Assembly: GCA_965217625.1 (NCBI GenBank)
Contig: OZ244557.1
Location: 1,601,422 to 1,665,421, forward strand
Direction of reading: 5' to 3'
Length of the DNA stretch: 64,000 nt
From: Dehalococcoidia bacterium
GTDB lineage: Bacteria > Chloroflexota > Dehalococcoidia > Bin125
Shown here: piece by piece, positions 1-9,555 of the stretch
Layout of the letters: the number at the start of each line of letters is the position of its first letter
Numbering within the stretch: position 1 is the first letter of the stretch
Translations under genes and position numbers: made by a program
Notes under the pieces: model-generated
Told to the model about the DNA's origin: nothing
Database searches by the model: none
What the model saw: only the letters and a program-made list of their open reading frames with translations

Positions 1-1
1 G

Positions 2-517
2 TCGCTGGAGAGCGGACTCGAGGTCTGGAAGCCCACGATCGCGGCGGTGAACGGGTACTGCCTGGGCTTCGGCTGCACCCTGGTCGCGGCCTGCGACTTC
101 GTCATCGCCAGCGAGCGGGCGCAGTTCGGCTTCCCGGAGGTGCGCCTGGGCGTGCCCACGATTCAGGGCGCGATCCGCATGCCCAAGCGGATCGGCTGGC
201 AGAACGCGATGGAACTGCTGCTGATCGGGGAGCGCGTCGACGCGGCGCGGGCGAAGGAGATGGGCCTGGTCTGGAAGATCACGCCGCACGAGGAGTTGAT
301 GGCGGAGGCGCACCGGCTGGCCGAGCGGCTACTGCTGTCGGCGCCGTTGGCCGTGCGCGCGACGAAGGAGGTCGCCCATCGCGGCCAGGAGTTCGACTTC
401 ATGAACGCGGTCCGCTTCGGCGAGACGATGCGCAAGGTCGCGGGCGCCACCGCGGATGCCAAGTCGGGCCCGGCGGCGTATCGGGAGAAGCGTCGGCCGG
501 AGTGGGAAGGTCGGTAG
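2..517 (+). CDS. Enoyl-CoA hydratase/isomerase (crotonase) family protein, 5'-truncated by window edge
   Basis: Frame is open from position 2 (SLESGLEVWKPTIAAVNGYCLGFG). Motifs CDFVIAS and FGFPEVRLG; C-terminal EKRRPEW. Confidence 0.9.
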   Translation, partial: SLESGLEVWKPTIAAVNGYCLGFGCTLVAACDFVIASERAQFGFPEVRLGVPTIQGAIRMPKRIGWQNAMELLLIGERVDAARAKEMGLVWKITPHEELMAEAHRLAERLLLSAPLAVRATKEVAHRGQEFDFMNAVRFGETMRKVAGATADAKSGPAAYREKRRPEWEGR

Positions 518-526
518 GGGGCGAAC

Positions 527-982
527 TCAGTCCTCCTGCCCGGCCCGCCTTCCCAGCACGAAGACGGATGAGATGCCCGCGATATTCGCAATCCCAAGCA
601 GGGCGCCGACTTCCTCATGCCCTGAGACGGTCAGACCGATCGCTCCGCCCAGGACCGCGAGCGCGACCACGGTTCCGGCGCCTAGTCCGGCCCACGAGCG
701 CCAGGACTCGTGATTAACGACTTGCGCCTCGATGCCCATACGATGAGCCGATTGCTTCTCGGCCAGCGTGATGATTCGCTCCGCAGCCCCAGGGAGCACG
801 TCCTCGTATCCCTGCAAGATGGCAGGGTGCGGAAGGGGGCCGATAAACGCAGAGAACTGCGCCTCCAGCGTCGCGGGAGACTGGGGCGTGGGCTCACGAT
901 GCGGATCCTCGGGGCGGTCACCCTCGATCGCCCCGCTGCCCACGTTCGACGGATCGAGTTGGGACGCTTCCTCAGGTGTCAC
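527..982 (-). CDS. DUF2335-family predicted membrane protein
   Basis: FIGPLPHPAILQGYEDVLPGAAERIITLAEKQSAHR motif followed by two TM helices. GTG start at 982 overlaps the TGA stop of the upstream ORF (GTGA). Confidence 0.8.
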   Translation of the reverse strand: MTPEEASQLDPSNVGSGAIEGDRPEDPHREPTPQSPATLEAQFSAFIGPLPHPAILQGYEDVLPGAAERIITLAEKQSAHRMGIEAQVVNHESWRSWAGLGAGTVVALAVLGGAIGLTVSGHEEVGALLGIANIAGISSVFVLGRRAGQED

Positions 983-1338
983 AGCGGCAAGCGCCCTTGA
1001 AGCGGGGACGTCAGTTCGCCCGCAGTTGGCTCCGCTCTGGTGTCCGATGTATCCAGCGCGAGGGACCGATCGATCTCCGGGGCTGACATCCCGGACTCCG
1101 TCGCGAACTCGTTGATCGCCCACCACAGATCGCCCGCGACGGCCTCCCAATCCGCGCGAAGAGCGTCCAGGTCCGACCGCCTCGTGAATCGCAATTTCCT
1201 CGTCGTGATTGAGCCAGAGAAGTCGAAGATCCTCGCCGCGCCATCAACCACAGAAGGACGCCCGGTCTCGTCGCAGGTCCTGCAGCGATGCTGGGAACGT
1301 GAAGCTTGACGTGGTCTCATTGCCCGTACCTTGATCAT
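979..1338 (-). CDS. Small hypothetical protein coupled to the DUF2335 gene
   Basis: Motif GAARIFDFSG...DLDALRADWEAVAGDL. TATACT -10-like hexamer near 1358-1363. GTGA overlap with the downstream gene. Start is 1338 or 1320. Confidence 0.65.
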   Translation of the reverse strand: MIKVRAMRPRQASRSQHRCRTCDETGRPSVVDGAARIFDFSGSITTRKLRFTRRSDLDALRADWEAVAGDLWWAINEFATESGMSAPEIDRSLALDTSDTRAEPTAGELTSPLQGRLPL

Positions 1339-1472
1339 TGAACCACCCTGCGGACCCAGTATAGAGAGTACGACGCCCCGCACCGAGGCAATCGCACAGC
1401 TTCGGCTCGGGCGCACTGCGATCGTCGATCTTATCGGTCCAGCCCTGGCCGGTGAACGGAGGCAACCCCCAC

Positions 1473-4400
1473 TCACCCCGGCGCGATCACGACCAACAGA
1501 TCCTTCGCCTGCACCTGCTGCCCCGGCTCGACGAGCACCTCCGCCACCCGACCGTCGCAGGGGGTGTAGATCGTCGATTGGATCTTCATCGCCTCCAGGT
1601 CCAGCAGCTTCTCGTTGCGGGCGACGGCGGCCCCGGCCTTGACGTAGACGCCGGTGATCAGGCCCGGCGTCGGCGCGCCCACGTGGCCCGGCTCGCCCGG
1701 CGTGACCTTGGGCTGGCTGCGGGTCTCGGCCTTGAGCGACTGATCGCGCACGGTGACCTGACGCGGTTCGCCGTTGAGCTCGAAGAAGACGGGCCGCGTC
1801 CCGTCGAGGTGCGCGGCGCCGACGGTCAGGAACTTCACGATTGCGGTACGCCCGGGGGCAAGCTCCACCGGCATCTCCTCGCCGACGGGCATGCCGTAGA
1901 AGAAGGCCGGCGTGGGCAGGACGCTGACGTCGCCAAACTCGCGCCGGACGCTGTCGAACCGGGCGTAGACCTCGGGATAGAGCAGGGCGCTGAGCACGTC
2001 GCGATGCTCCGGCGCGCGACCCGCGGTGGCTTCCAGCTCCGCCGCCACGGCGGGCAGGTCGGCGGGGGGCAGGTTCGCGCCGGGCCGGCCGGCGAGCGGG
2101 GGCGCGCCGCGCAGGATGATGCGCTGCACGTCCGGGGGCCAGCCGCCGGGCGGCGTGCCCAGCGACCCGGCCAGCATCTCGCGTACGGAGTCGGGGAAGT
2201 TGACGTCGTGGTCGTCGGGCAGGGCCAGGACGTCCTCGGGCGTCATGCCGCCGACGAGCAGGAACATCGCCATGTCGCCCACGACTTTGCTCGACGGTGT
2301 GACCTTGACGATGTCGCCGAAGAGCTGGTTGACCCGCGCGTACATTTCCTCGACTTCCGGCCAGCGATGGCCCAGCCCCAGCCCCTGCGCCTGCTGCTGC
2401 AGGTTGGTGAACTGGCCGCCCGGGATCTCGTGGCGGTAGACGTCGGCGTTGCCGGAGCGCGGGCCGATGTCGAAGGGGCCGTAGAAGTCGCGCACCCGAG
2501 TCCAGTAGCGGGCGATGTCGCTGAGGGCGTGTTCGTCGAGGCCGGTGGCGCGCGGCGTGTGCGCCAGGGCGGCGACCATGGAGTTCAGGTTGGGCTGGCT
2601 CGTACCGCCGCTGAGCGGCGAGACGGCCGCATCGACGATGTCCACGCCGGCCTCGGCCGCCTTGAGGATGGTGTTGGCATTGATGCCGCTCGTGTCGTGG
2701 GTGTGGAGATGGATCGGGATGTCGATCTCCTTGCGCAGCTCCCGAACCAGCATCTCCGCGGCGTAGGGGCGCGCCAGCCCCGCCATGTCCTTGATGCCCA
2801 GGATGTGCGCGCCCATGTCGCGCAACTGGCGCGCCATCGTGAGGTAGTAGTCGAGGTCGTACTTCGGGCGCGAGGGGTCCAGCAGGTCGCCCGTGTAGCA
2901 GATGGCGGGTTCGCAGACGGCGTCCGTCTCAAGCACGGCTTGCATCGAGACAACCATGTTGTCGACGCTGTTGAGGGAGTCGAAGATGCGAAAGATGTCG
3001 ATGCCCTGGCGCGCGGCCTCCAGCACGAACTCCCGCACGACGTTGTCCGGATAGCTGGTGTAGCCCACGGCGTTGGAGGCGCGCAGCAACATCTGGAAGC
3101 AGATGTTGGGGATGCGCGCGCGCAGTTCGCGCAGCCGCTCCCAGGGATCCTCGTGCAGGAAGCGCATCGAGGCGTCGAAGGTGGCGCCGCCCCACATCTC
3201 GAGGCTGAAGAGGTTGGGCAGGCGCTGCGCGATCGCCTCCGCGGGCTGGAGCAGGTCGTGCGTGCGCATGCGCGTCGCCAGCAGCGACTGATGGGCGTCG
3301 CGCATGGTGGTGTCGGTGATCAGCAGGCGCTCCTGCGATCGCGCCCAGGCGGCGAAGCCGGCCGGGCCCAGCTGCAGCAGCCGCTGCCGGCTGCCGGGCG
3401 GGGGTGGCTCGCCCAGCGTGTAGGGCACGACGGGGGCGTCGCCGAGCGTGTCCGGGGTGGCGCGGTCCTGCACCGCGGGGTTGCCGTTGACGATGATGTC
3501 GCCCAGGTAGCGCAGCAGGCCGTGGGCGGTCTCCTCGTCCTGCGGGAAGACGGTCAACTCCGGCGACGTGTCGAGGAAGCTGGTCGTGGCCTCCCCGGCC
3601 TGGAAGGTGGGGTGGTTCACGACGTTGAGCAGGAAGGGGATGTTCGACTTCACGCCGCGGATGCGGAACTCGCGCAGGGCCCGGTCGGCGCGACGGCAGG
3701 CGCGGTCCAGCGTGCGATCGGTGGTCGTCATCTTGACGAGCAGCGAGTCGTAGTAGGGGCTGAGCTCGGCCCCGCTGTAGGCGGTCGCGCCGTCGAGGCG
3801 GATGCCGGGGCCGGCCGGCGAGCGGTAGTTCGACAGCCGCCCATAGTCGGGCGCGAAGTTGTCCTCTGGATCCTCGGTCGTGACGCGGCACTGCACGGCG
3901 AAGCCGCGCGGGACCAGTTGCTCGTCCGGGGGCAGCGCCAGGGGCTCGTCGTCGAGGGCGATGCCCTGCGCGACGAGGATCTGGGATCGCACTAGGTCCA
4001 GGCCCAGGACGGCCTCCGTGACCGTGTGCTCCACTTGGATGCGCGGATTGACCTCGATGAAGAACCACTCGTTGCTGTCGGCGTCGAGCAGGAATTCGAC
4101 CGTGCCCGCGTTGACGTAGCCGCTGGCGCGGGCCAGCGTGAGCGCCGCCTCGTGCAGTTGCCGTCGGACGCCATCGTCGAGATTGGGCGCGGGGGCGACC
4201 TCGACGACCTTCTGGTGGCGGCGCTGCACGGAGCAGTCGCGCTCGTGCAGGTGGCGGACGTTGCCGTGGGCGTCGGCGAAGATCTGGACTTCGATGTGCC
4301 GGGCCCGGCGGATGTAGCGCTCCAGGAAGACGGCGCCGTTCCCGAATGCCCCCTGCGCTTCCTTCTGTGCCTCTTCGATCTGCGATGACAGATCCTCCGG

Positions 4401-4919
4401 GCGGTGCACGACCCGCAGCCCCCGGCCGCCGCCGCCGAAGGCCGCCTTGACCATCAGCGGGAATCCGATCGCCGCGGCGGCCGTCTGCGCGGCGGCCACG
4501 TCGGTGATGGGGGCGTCGTGGCCGGGGATGACGGGGATGCCGGCCTCCTGGGCCAGCTTGCGGGCGGCGACCTTGTCGCCGAGCGCGTCCAGGATTTCCG
4601 CCGGCGGTCCCACGAAGACGATGCCGGCGTCGGCGCAGGCGCGGGCCATGGCGCTGTTCTCGGCCAGGAAGCCGTAGCCCGGGTGGATGGCGTCGACGCC
4701 GTGCTCCTTGGCCTGGCCAATGATGCCCGCGATGTCCAGGTAGGCGGCGACGGGTCCCTGATCGGCGCCCACCAGGTAGGCCTCGTCGGCCTTGAAGCGG
4801 TGCAGGCTCAGGCGGTCCTCCTGGGAGTAGATCGTGGCGGTGCGGAGCCCCAGCTCCGCCGCGGCGCGCATGATGCGGATGGCGATCTCGCCCCGGTTGG
4901 CGGCCAGCAGTTTCTGCAT
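1473..4919 (-). CDS. pyc: Pyruvate carboxylase
   Basis: 1148 aa. Biotin carboxylase N-terminus (ANRGEIA, HPGYGFL), carboxyltransferase (RDAHQSLLATR, EMWGGATFD, HLHTHDT) and C-terminal biotinyl domain (EAMK). Confidence 0.97.
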   Translation of the reverse strand: MQKLLAANRGEIAIRIMRAAAELGLRTATIYSQEDRLSLHRFKADEAYLVGADQGPVAAYLDIAGIIGQAKEHGVDAIHPGYGFLAENSAMARACADAGIVFVGPPAEILDALGDKVAARKLAQEAGIPVIPGHDAPITDVAAAQTAAAAIGFPLMVKAAFGGGGRGLRVVHRPEDLSSQIEEAQKEAQGAFGNGAVFLERYIRRARHIEVQIFADAHGNVRHLHERDCSVQRRHQKVVEVAPAPNLDDGVRRQLHEAALTLARASGYVNAGTVEFLLDADSNEWFFIEVNPRIQVEHTVTEAVLGLDLVRSQILVAQGIALDDEPLALPPDEQLVPRGFAVQCRVTTEDPEDNFAPDYGRLSNYRSPAGPGIRLDGATAYSGAELSPYYDSLLVKMTTTDRTLDRACRRADRALREFRIRGVKSNIPFLLNVVNHPTFQAGEATTSFLDTSPELTVFPQDEETAHGLLRYLGDIIVNGNPAVQDRATPDTLGDAPVVPYTLGEPPPPGSRQRLLQLGPAGFAAWARSQERLLITDTTMRDAHQSLLATRMRTHDLLQPAEAIAQRLPNLFSLEMWGGATFDASMRFLHEDPWERLRELRARIPNICFQMLLRASNAVGYTSYPDNVVREFVLEAARQGIDIFRIFDSLNSVDNMVVSMQAVLETDAVCEPAICYTGDLLDPSRPKYDLDYYLTMARQLRDMGAHILGIKDMAGLARPYAAEMLVRELRKEIDIPIHLHTHDTSGINANTILKAAEAGVDIVDAAVSPLSGGTSQPNLNSMVAALAHTPRATGLDEHALSDIARYWTRVRDFYGPFDIGPRSGNADVYRHEIPGGQFTNLQQQAQGLGLGHRWPEVEEMYARVNQLFGDIVKVTPSSKVVGDMAMFLLVGGMTPEDVLALPDDHDVNFPDSVREMLAGSLGTPPGGWPPDVQRIILRGAPPLAGRPGANLPPADLPAVAAELEATAGRAPEHRDVLSALLYPEVYARFDSVRREFGDVSVLPTPAFFYGMPVGEEMPVELAPGRTAIVKFLTVGAAHLDGTRPVFFELNGEPRQVTVRDQSLKAETRSQPKVTPGEPGHVGAPTPGLITGVYVKAGAAVARNEKLLDLEAMKIQSTIYTPCDGRVAEVLVEPGQQVQAKDLLVVIAPG

Positions 4920-5271
4920 AGAGGCACGATAGCGGCCCGGCGCGGCTGGATCGCTATCGCCCCTGCGGATGTCGGGGGTGGTTGGGTGGCGCCTGAGGGA
5001 GTGGTCGACGGCGGGAAACCATGCTCCGGGTCCTCCCCCGCGCGCTGCGACGATGTCCTGGCCGAGTCACACGTTCCGGATCAGCGGACCGATCGCGGTC
5101 GCTGCATTCGCCGACTTAGGGTCTCACCGGACATACTTAGACATTCTCTAACTCGTCCTCTCGGTGAGGAACCCGAGCAAATGATGACCCACTTTCCTCG
5201 TTTGAGTCTTAAGGGATAAACTTAGAGAAACTTTAGGACGATTCTCCAAGGTCCGCATCCAAGGCCAGCAG

Positions 5272-6540
5272 ATGACTCAAGACGAAGCCCCTCACGATGC
5301 CCAGGAAGTCTCGGAAGTGACGGATGAGGAGCGGGTGTATCTGCTCGGACAGTTCTTCAGTCCCCGATCTCCGATCAACTCCCGGGAGCTGTTCGCCGGC
5401 CGAGAGGGGCAGGTCAGTCAACTCCTTGATGCAATCGGCCAACAAGGAACCCATGCGGTCCTGTTCGGAGAGCGCGGCGTTGGGAAGACATCTTTGGCGA
5501 CCGTCATTGTCGAGATTCTTCAGGCCGTCATGGGGGAGTCTTCCTGCCCCAAGGCGAACTGCGACAGCACGGACACCTTCACGACGATGTGGAGAAAGGT
5601 CTTCAACCGGATCGCCATGGTTGAGGAACGGGTGTCTGCCGGGTTCGCATCGGATGTCGTGAGATCCGTGCGCCGCCTCGGGGACGATATCGGGGGCGAT
5701 ATTTCTCCGGAAGCCGTCCGGGAAGCTCTGACTGCGGTTGGCAAGAAGATCCCACTCGTCATCTTCCTCGACGAGTACGACCGGGCGCCGGAGAGCGTCA
5801 GCACGGCCATGGCCGACACGATCAAGACGCTCTCTGACGAAAGTGTCCCAGCAACAGTGGTGCTTGTGGGAGTCGCGGACAACGTGGAGGAGTTGGTTCG
5901 GGAGCATCGGTCTGTGGAAAGAGCCGTGGTCCAGATCCGCATGCCACGAATGTCGGATGCCGAAGTTGAGGAGATCATGAGAAACGCTCTTGGCAAGGTC
6001 GGTATGAGGATCGAGCCTGCCGCGCTGGGGCGGATCGTCGCGATCTCGCGAGGTCTCCCACACTACACGCATCTTGTGGGGCTGGACTCGGCCCGCGTGG
6101 CTGCCCGGCGGCACAGCGCTGTTGTGGGGGAAGCGGATGTCGATCGCGGGATCGAATTGGCGGTGGAGAGTGCGAACGAAAGCATCAGGGTGGCATGTGT
6201 GCAGGCCGTCGATAGCCGACACCCCGCCGCACGGCTGCGAGAAACGCTGACGGCCGCCGCCCTTGCGAGAACTGACGAGCGCGGCTACTTCCGCGCGGCG
6301 CACGTGCAGGGTCCCCTGGCGGATATCCGCAGGCGGCCCGTTGCGATCGCGCAGATCACCCCACACTTGGATGCGTTCACGACGCCGGGACGTGGTTCAG
6401 TGATCGAAAAGAGCGGACCCCGGCACAACGTCACCTGGAGATTCGCGAATCCACTGCTACAGCCCTATGTCCTCATGGACGGGATCAAGCGGGGCCTCAT
6501 CTCGAAGGATCAACTGCTGAGCTTCGGCGCGCAGTCCTAG
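5272..6540 (+). CDS. Stand-alone AAA+/STAND-like ATPase (Orc1/Cdc6-like layout) with probable C-terminal winged helix
   Basis: LFAGRE, Walker A GERGVGKTS, Walker B VIFLDEYD, GLPHYTH (GxP motif). Codon usage is more AT-rich than the neighbours. Confidence 0.8.
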   Translation: MTQDEAPHDAQEVSEVTDEERVYLLGQFFSPRSPINSRELFAGREGQVSQLLDAIGQQGTHAVLFGERGVGKTSLATVIVEILQAVMGESSCPKANCDSTDTFTTMWRKVFNRIAMVEERVSAGFASDVVRSVRRLGDDIGGDISPEAVREALTAVGKKIPLVIFLDEYDRAPESVSTAMADTIKTLSDESVPATVVLVGVADNVEELVREHRSVERAVVQIRMPRMSDAEVEEIMRNALGKVGMRIEPAALGRIVAISRGLPHYTHLVGLDSARVAARRHSAVVGEADVDRGIELAVESANESIRVACVQAVDSRHPAARLRETLTAAALARTDERGYFRAAHVQGPLADIRRRPVAIAQITPHLDAFTTPGRGSVIEKSGPRHNVTWRFANPLLQPYVLMDGIKRGLISKDQLLSFGAQS

Positions 6541-6673
6541 CCTCGCTCCCCTGGCGCAGCCCTGCCCCGACGTATACTCCGCCGCCGGATGGCCCGATGG
6601 CGCACACTCGGATTGGACTGCTTGGCGCTGCCTGGAGAACGTCGATCACGCTGTCGGCACTGCCCGCTGCGGG

Positions 6674-8011
6674 TCAGCCCGCGCCGAGGGCGCGCAGCGC
6701 GATCGCTTCCGCCAGACAGGCGCGCTCCAGGTCGGCGAGATCCTGGCTCTCGTCGGGGCCGTGAATTTGGCTGGTTGGGTCGCCGGCGCCGGTGAGCAGG
6801 ATCGTCGCCCCCGGCGACGCGGCCTGAAACGCGCCGACGAAGGGGATCGAGCCGCCGATCCCGATCTCCACGGCGGGACGCCCCCAGGCCTCCGCGAAGC
6901 CGGCACGGAAGGCGTCGTAGGCGGGGCCGTCCGTCTCGAGCGCGACGGGCGCCGCGCTGGCGCCCGGCCTGACCGATACGGTCGCGCCCCACGGGCGCTG
7001 CGCCGCCAGGTGCGCGACCAGCGCCGCCATCGCGCGAGCGGGGTCGTCGCCCGGGGCCAGGCGTACGCTGACCTTGGCGCGTGCGACGGGCACAAGCTGA
7101 TTGATCGCTTCGGCGACGGGCGGCGCGTCGATGGCGAGCACGGAGATCGCGGGCTGGCTCCACGTCCGCGACGTCAGCGGGCCGTCGCCGATCAGGCGGG
7201 TCTCCTCCGCCGCGCCCGCCTGTTCGCGCAGCTCCGCCTCGGCGAGGTTCAGCCCGTCCGATTGGCGGGAGACCAGCCCGGCGACGGCGGGCCGTCCGGC
7301 GTCGTCGTGGAGCGAGGCGAGCACGCGGGCGAGGGCCATCAGCGCGTCCGGGAGCACGCCGCCGAAGAGTCCGCTGTGGACGCCCTGCCGCAGCGTGCGT
7401 ATCTCGACTTCGCAATCGACGAGGCCCCGCAGCGTTGTCGTGAGGGCGGGCTCGCCGACGCGCCAGTTGGCCGAATCGGCGATCACGATGACGTCGGCGG
7501 TGAGGTCGGCGGCGTAGCGCGTGAGGAAGTCCGCCAGGTGCGCCGAGCCGATCTCCTCCTCGCCCTCGACGAACAGCTTGACGTTGACCGGCAACTCGTC
7601 GCCCAGCGCGCGCAGCGCGCCGAGGTGGACGGCGATGCCGGCCTTGTCGTCGGAGGCGCCCCGGCCGAACAGGCGTCCGCCGCGCTCGACCGGCTGGAAG
7701 GGGTCCGACGTCCATTGCGCAAGGTCGCCGGGCGGCTGTACATCGTGGTGGGCGTAGAGCAGCACGGTGGCCCGGTCGTCGCCGCTGTGGCGCTCTCCCA
7801 GGACGGCGGGGTGCGCGCCCTCGACCTCGAGCAGGTGCACGTCGCGGAGGCCCGAATCGCGCATGAGTTGAGCGGTGGCCAGCGCCGAGCGACGCACGTC
7901 CGCGGGATCGAAGCCACCAGCGCTGACCGAGGGGATGCGGACGAGGCTCTCCAACTCCGCCCGCGTGCGGGGGAAGCCGGCGGCGATGCGGGCGCGAAGG
8001 TCGTCGTGCAT
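6674..8011 (-). CDS. M20/M25/M40 family metallopeptidase (dipeptidase)
   Basis: YAHHDVQP, GRGASDDK, EGEEEIGS and HGPDES metal-binding motifs. Confidence 0.92.
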   Translation of the reverse strand: MHDDLRARIAAGFPRTRAELESLVRIPSVSAGGFDPADVRRSALATAQLMRDSGLRDVHLLEVEGAHPAVLGERHSGDDRATVLLYAHHDVQPPGDLAQWTSDPFQPVERGGRLFGRGASDDKAGIAVHLGALRALGDELPVNVKLFVEGEEEIGSAHLADFLTRYAADLTADVIVIADSANWRVGEPALTTTLRGLVDCEVEIRTLRQGVHSGLFGGVLPDALMALARVLASLHDDAGRPAVAGLVSRQSDGLNLAEAELREQAGAAEETRLIGDGPLTSRTWSQPAISVLAIDAPPVAEAINQLVPVARAKVSVRLAPGDDPARAMAALVAHLAAQRPWGATVSVRPGASAAPVALETDGPAYDAFRAGFAEAWGRPAVEIGIGGSIPFVGAFQAASPGATILLTGAGDPTSQIHGPDESQDLADLERACLAEAIALRALGAG

Positions 8012-8109
8012 GGGGACTCCGGAGCTGGCGTCAGATCAGATCGGCCCGCTGGGGGGCGGGCCGCTGCTGCTGCCTGACTGGTGAGGCCAGCGACCTCATG
8101 GCGGCGCGC

Positions 8110-8403
8110 CTAGACCTCCACGCGGTCCTTGAGGCCCTTGGCGGGCCGAAAGGCGACGGCCCGCTTGGCCACGATCTGGATCGCCTCGCCGGTGGCCGGG
8201 TTGCGCCCCTCGCGGGCCTTGCGCCGGCGGGTCTCGAACTTGCCGAAGCCGGCGATGGAGACCTCGCGGTTCGCATCCAGCTCGACGGCGATGATGCCCT
8301 TGCCGTCCGCGGAGCTGAAGATCGAGTCAACGACCTCCAGTGACTTGGCCTGGCTGAGATCGGTCTGCTTCGCCAACTTCGCCGCCAGTTCGGTCTTGTT
8401 CAC
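8110..8403 (-). CDS. hup: HU family DNA-binding protein
   Basis: MNKTEL...GFGKF...GRNPATGE. GAGGAGG RBS before the GTG start. Confidence 0.95.
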   Translation of the reverse strand: MNKTELAAKLAKQTDLSQAKSLEVVDSIFSSADGKGIIAVELDANREVSIAGFGKFETRRRKAREGRNPATGEAIQIVAKRAVAFRPAKGLKDRVEV

Positions 8404-8468
8404 GTGTGTGTCCTCCTCATTCGCTCTGCCCGCCTGGGTCTGCCCGGGCTCTGTCCGAATTTCAAGTC

Positions 8469-8496
8469 AAGATACGCGGCGCGCCGGGTCGGTCAA
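8469..8496 (-). promoter_or_regulatory. Sigma70-type promoter of hup
   Basis: TTGACC-N16-TATCTT on the minus strand upstream of hup. Confidence 0.6.
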
Positions 8497-8565
8497 GACA
8501 CGATGTGTCACGCCTCATGGCCGCATCCAAGCGCCGGAGATGATTCCCAGTCTCGGCGTGACGCG

Positions 8566-9507
8566 TCAGCGACCGTGCATCAGCCGCTCGACGGCGGCGC
8601 GCTGGGGCATCGCTTCCTGGACGCCGGGCTGCGTCACGGACAGCGCGGCGGCCGCGTTGGCGAAGGCGGCGGCCGCGCCGATCGGGCGGCCCTCGCCCAG
8701 CGCGACCGCGAGCGCCCCGTTGAAGGCGTCGCCCGCGCCCACGCTGGCGACCGGCCGCACGCGGTGACCGGGCACGGTCGTGACCGGGCCCCCGCCCGCA
8801 TCGGCGAGGACGGCCCCGTCCGCGGCCAGCGTGACGATGACGTTGGCGATCCCGCGATCGCGCAGCGCGGCGGCCACCTCCGGCGCGCTGGACGCTGGGC
8901 CGCCGCCCGGGCCGCGGATCAGCGCCTCGGCCTCGCCCTGGTTGGGCGTGAGGATGTCGGCGAGGGCGTGGAAACCCTCGGGCAGCTCGGGCCGGACCGG
9001 CGCCGGGTCCAGCACGACGCGCACGCCCTGCGCCCGGGCGAGGCGCATCGCGGCGGCCGTCAGGGACAGCGGGATCTCCTGCTGTACCAACAGCACGGCG
9101 GCGCGCGGCAGCGCCCGTTCGAGCGCCACGAGCTCCGCCTCGCCGCAGCGCGCGTTGGCTCCGTACACCGCCAGCACGGTGTTCTCGCCCTCCGCGTCGA
9201 GCACGATCATCGCGACGCCGGAGCGCGCCGCGGGGTCGGTCGCGACGCCGGCGCAGTCGACTCCGTCGCCGTCGAGCAGGGCGAGCAGGGCGCGCCCTTC
9301 GGCGTCGTCGCCCACGCGGCCGATGAGGCGCACCGCCGTCCCGGGGTCCGCCAGCCGCGCCGCCGCGACGGCCTGGTTCGCGCCCTTGCCGCCGCCGGAG
9401 GTGTAGAAGCGACGCCCCTCCATCGTCTCGCCGGGCCGGGGCAGCCGGTCGGCCTGCAGGACGAAGTCGTAGTTCAATCCGCCCAGCACCACGATCGCGT
9501 TGGCCAT
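8566..9507 (-). CDS. rbsK: Ribokinase (PfkB family)
   Basis: GGKGANQAVAAARL, ILTPNQGE and VGAGDAF PfkB signatures. Confidence 0.85.
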   Translation of the reverse strand: MANAIVVLGGLNYDFVLQADRLPRPGETMEGRRFYTSGGGKGANQAVAAARLADPGTAVRLIGRVGDDAEGRALLALLDGDGVDCAGVATDPAARSGVAMIVLDAEGENTVLAVYGANARCGEAELVALERALPRAAVLLVQQEIPLSLTAAAMRLARAQGVRVVLDPAPVRPELPEGFHALADILTPNQGEAEALIRGPGGGPASSAPEVAAALRDRGIANVIVTLAADGAVLADAGGGPVTTVPGHRVRPVASVGAGDAFNGALAVALGEGRPIGAAAAFANAAAALSVTQPGVQEAMPQRAAVERLMHGR

Positions 9508-9525
9508 CGCGTTCTCCTCGTGTCT

Positions 9526-9555
9526 ATCGTAGGAAGGGCGTCCATCGTAGGAAGG
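9526..9555. repeat. 12-bp direct repeat ATCGTAGGAAGG x2 in the divergent rbsK/phosphotriesterase promoter region
   Basis: Copies at 9526-9537 and 9544-9555. Each contains a minus-strand TACGAT -10-like hexamer. Confidence 0.6.

Noticed and set aside
1452-3995. 847-aa plus-strand ORF and similar long ORFs (25068-27626, 30717-33305, 38594-41251, 53981-56572, 57082-59454)
   Set aside because: Antisense or alternate-frame shadows of well-supported genes. They are expected at high GC and carry no recognisable motifs.
8012-8109. Possible SRP or other ncRNA (TCAGG...GCAGC words, hairpins)
   Set aside because: Lacks the SRP helix-8 GNRA loop spacing. More simply explained as a terminator-like hairpin after hup.
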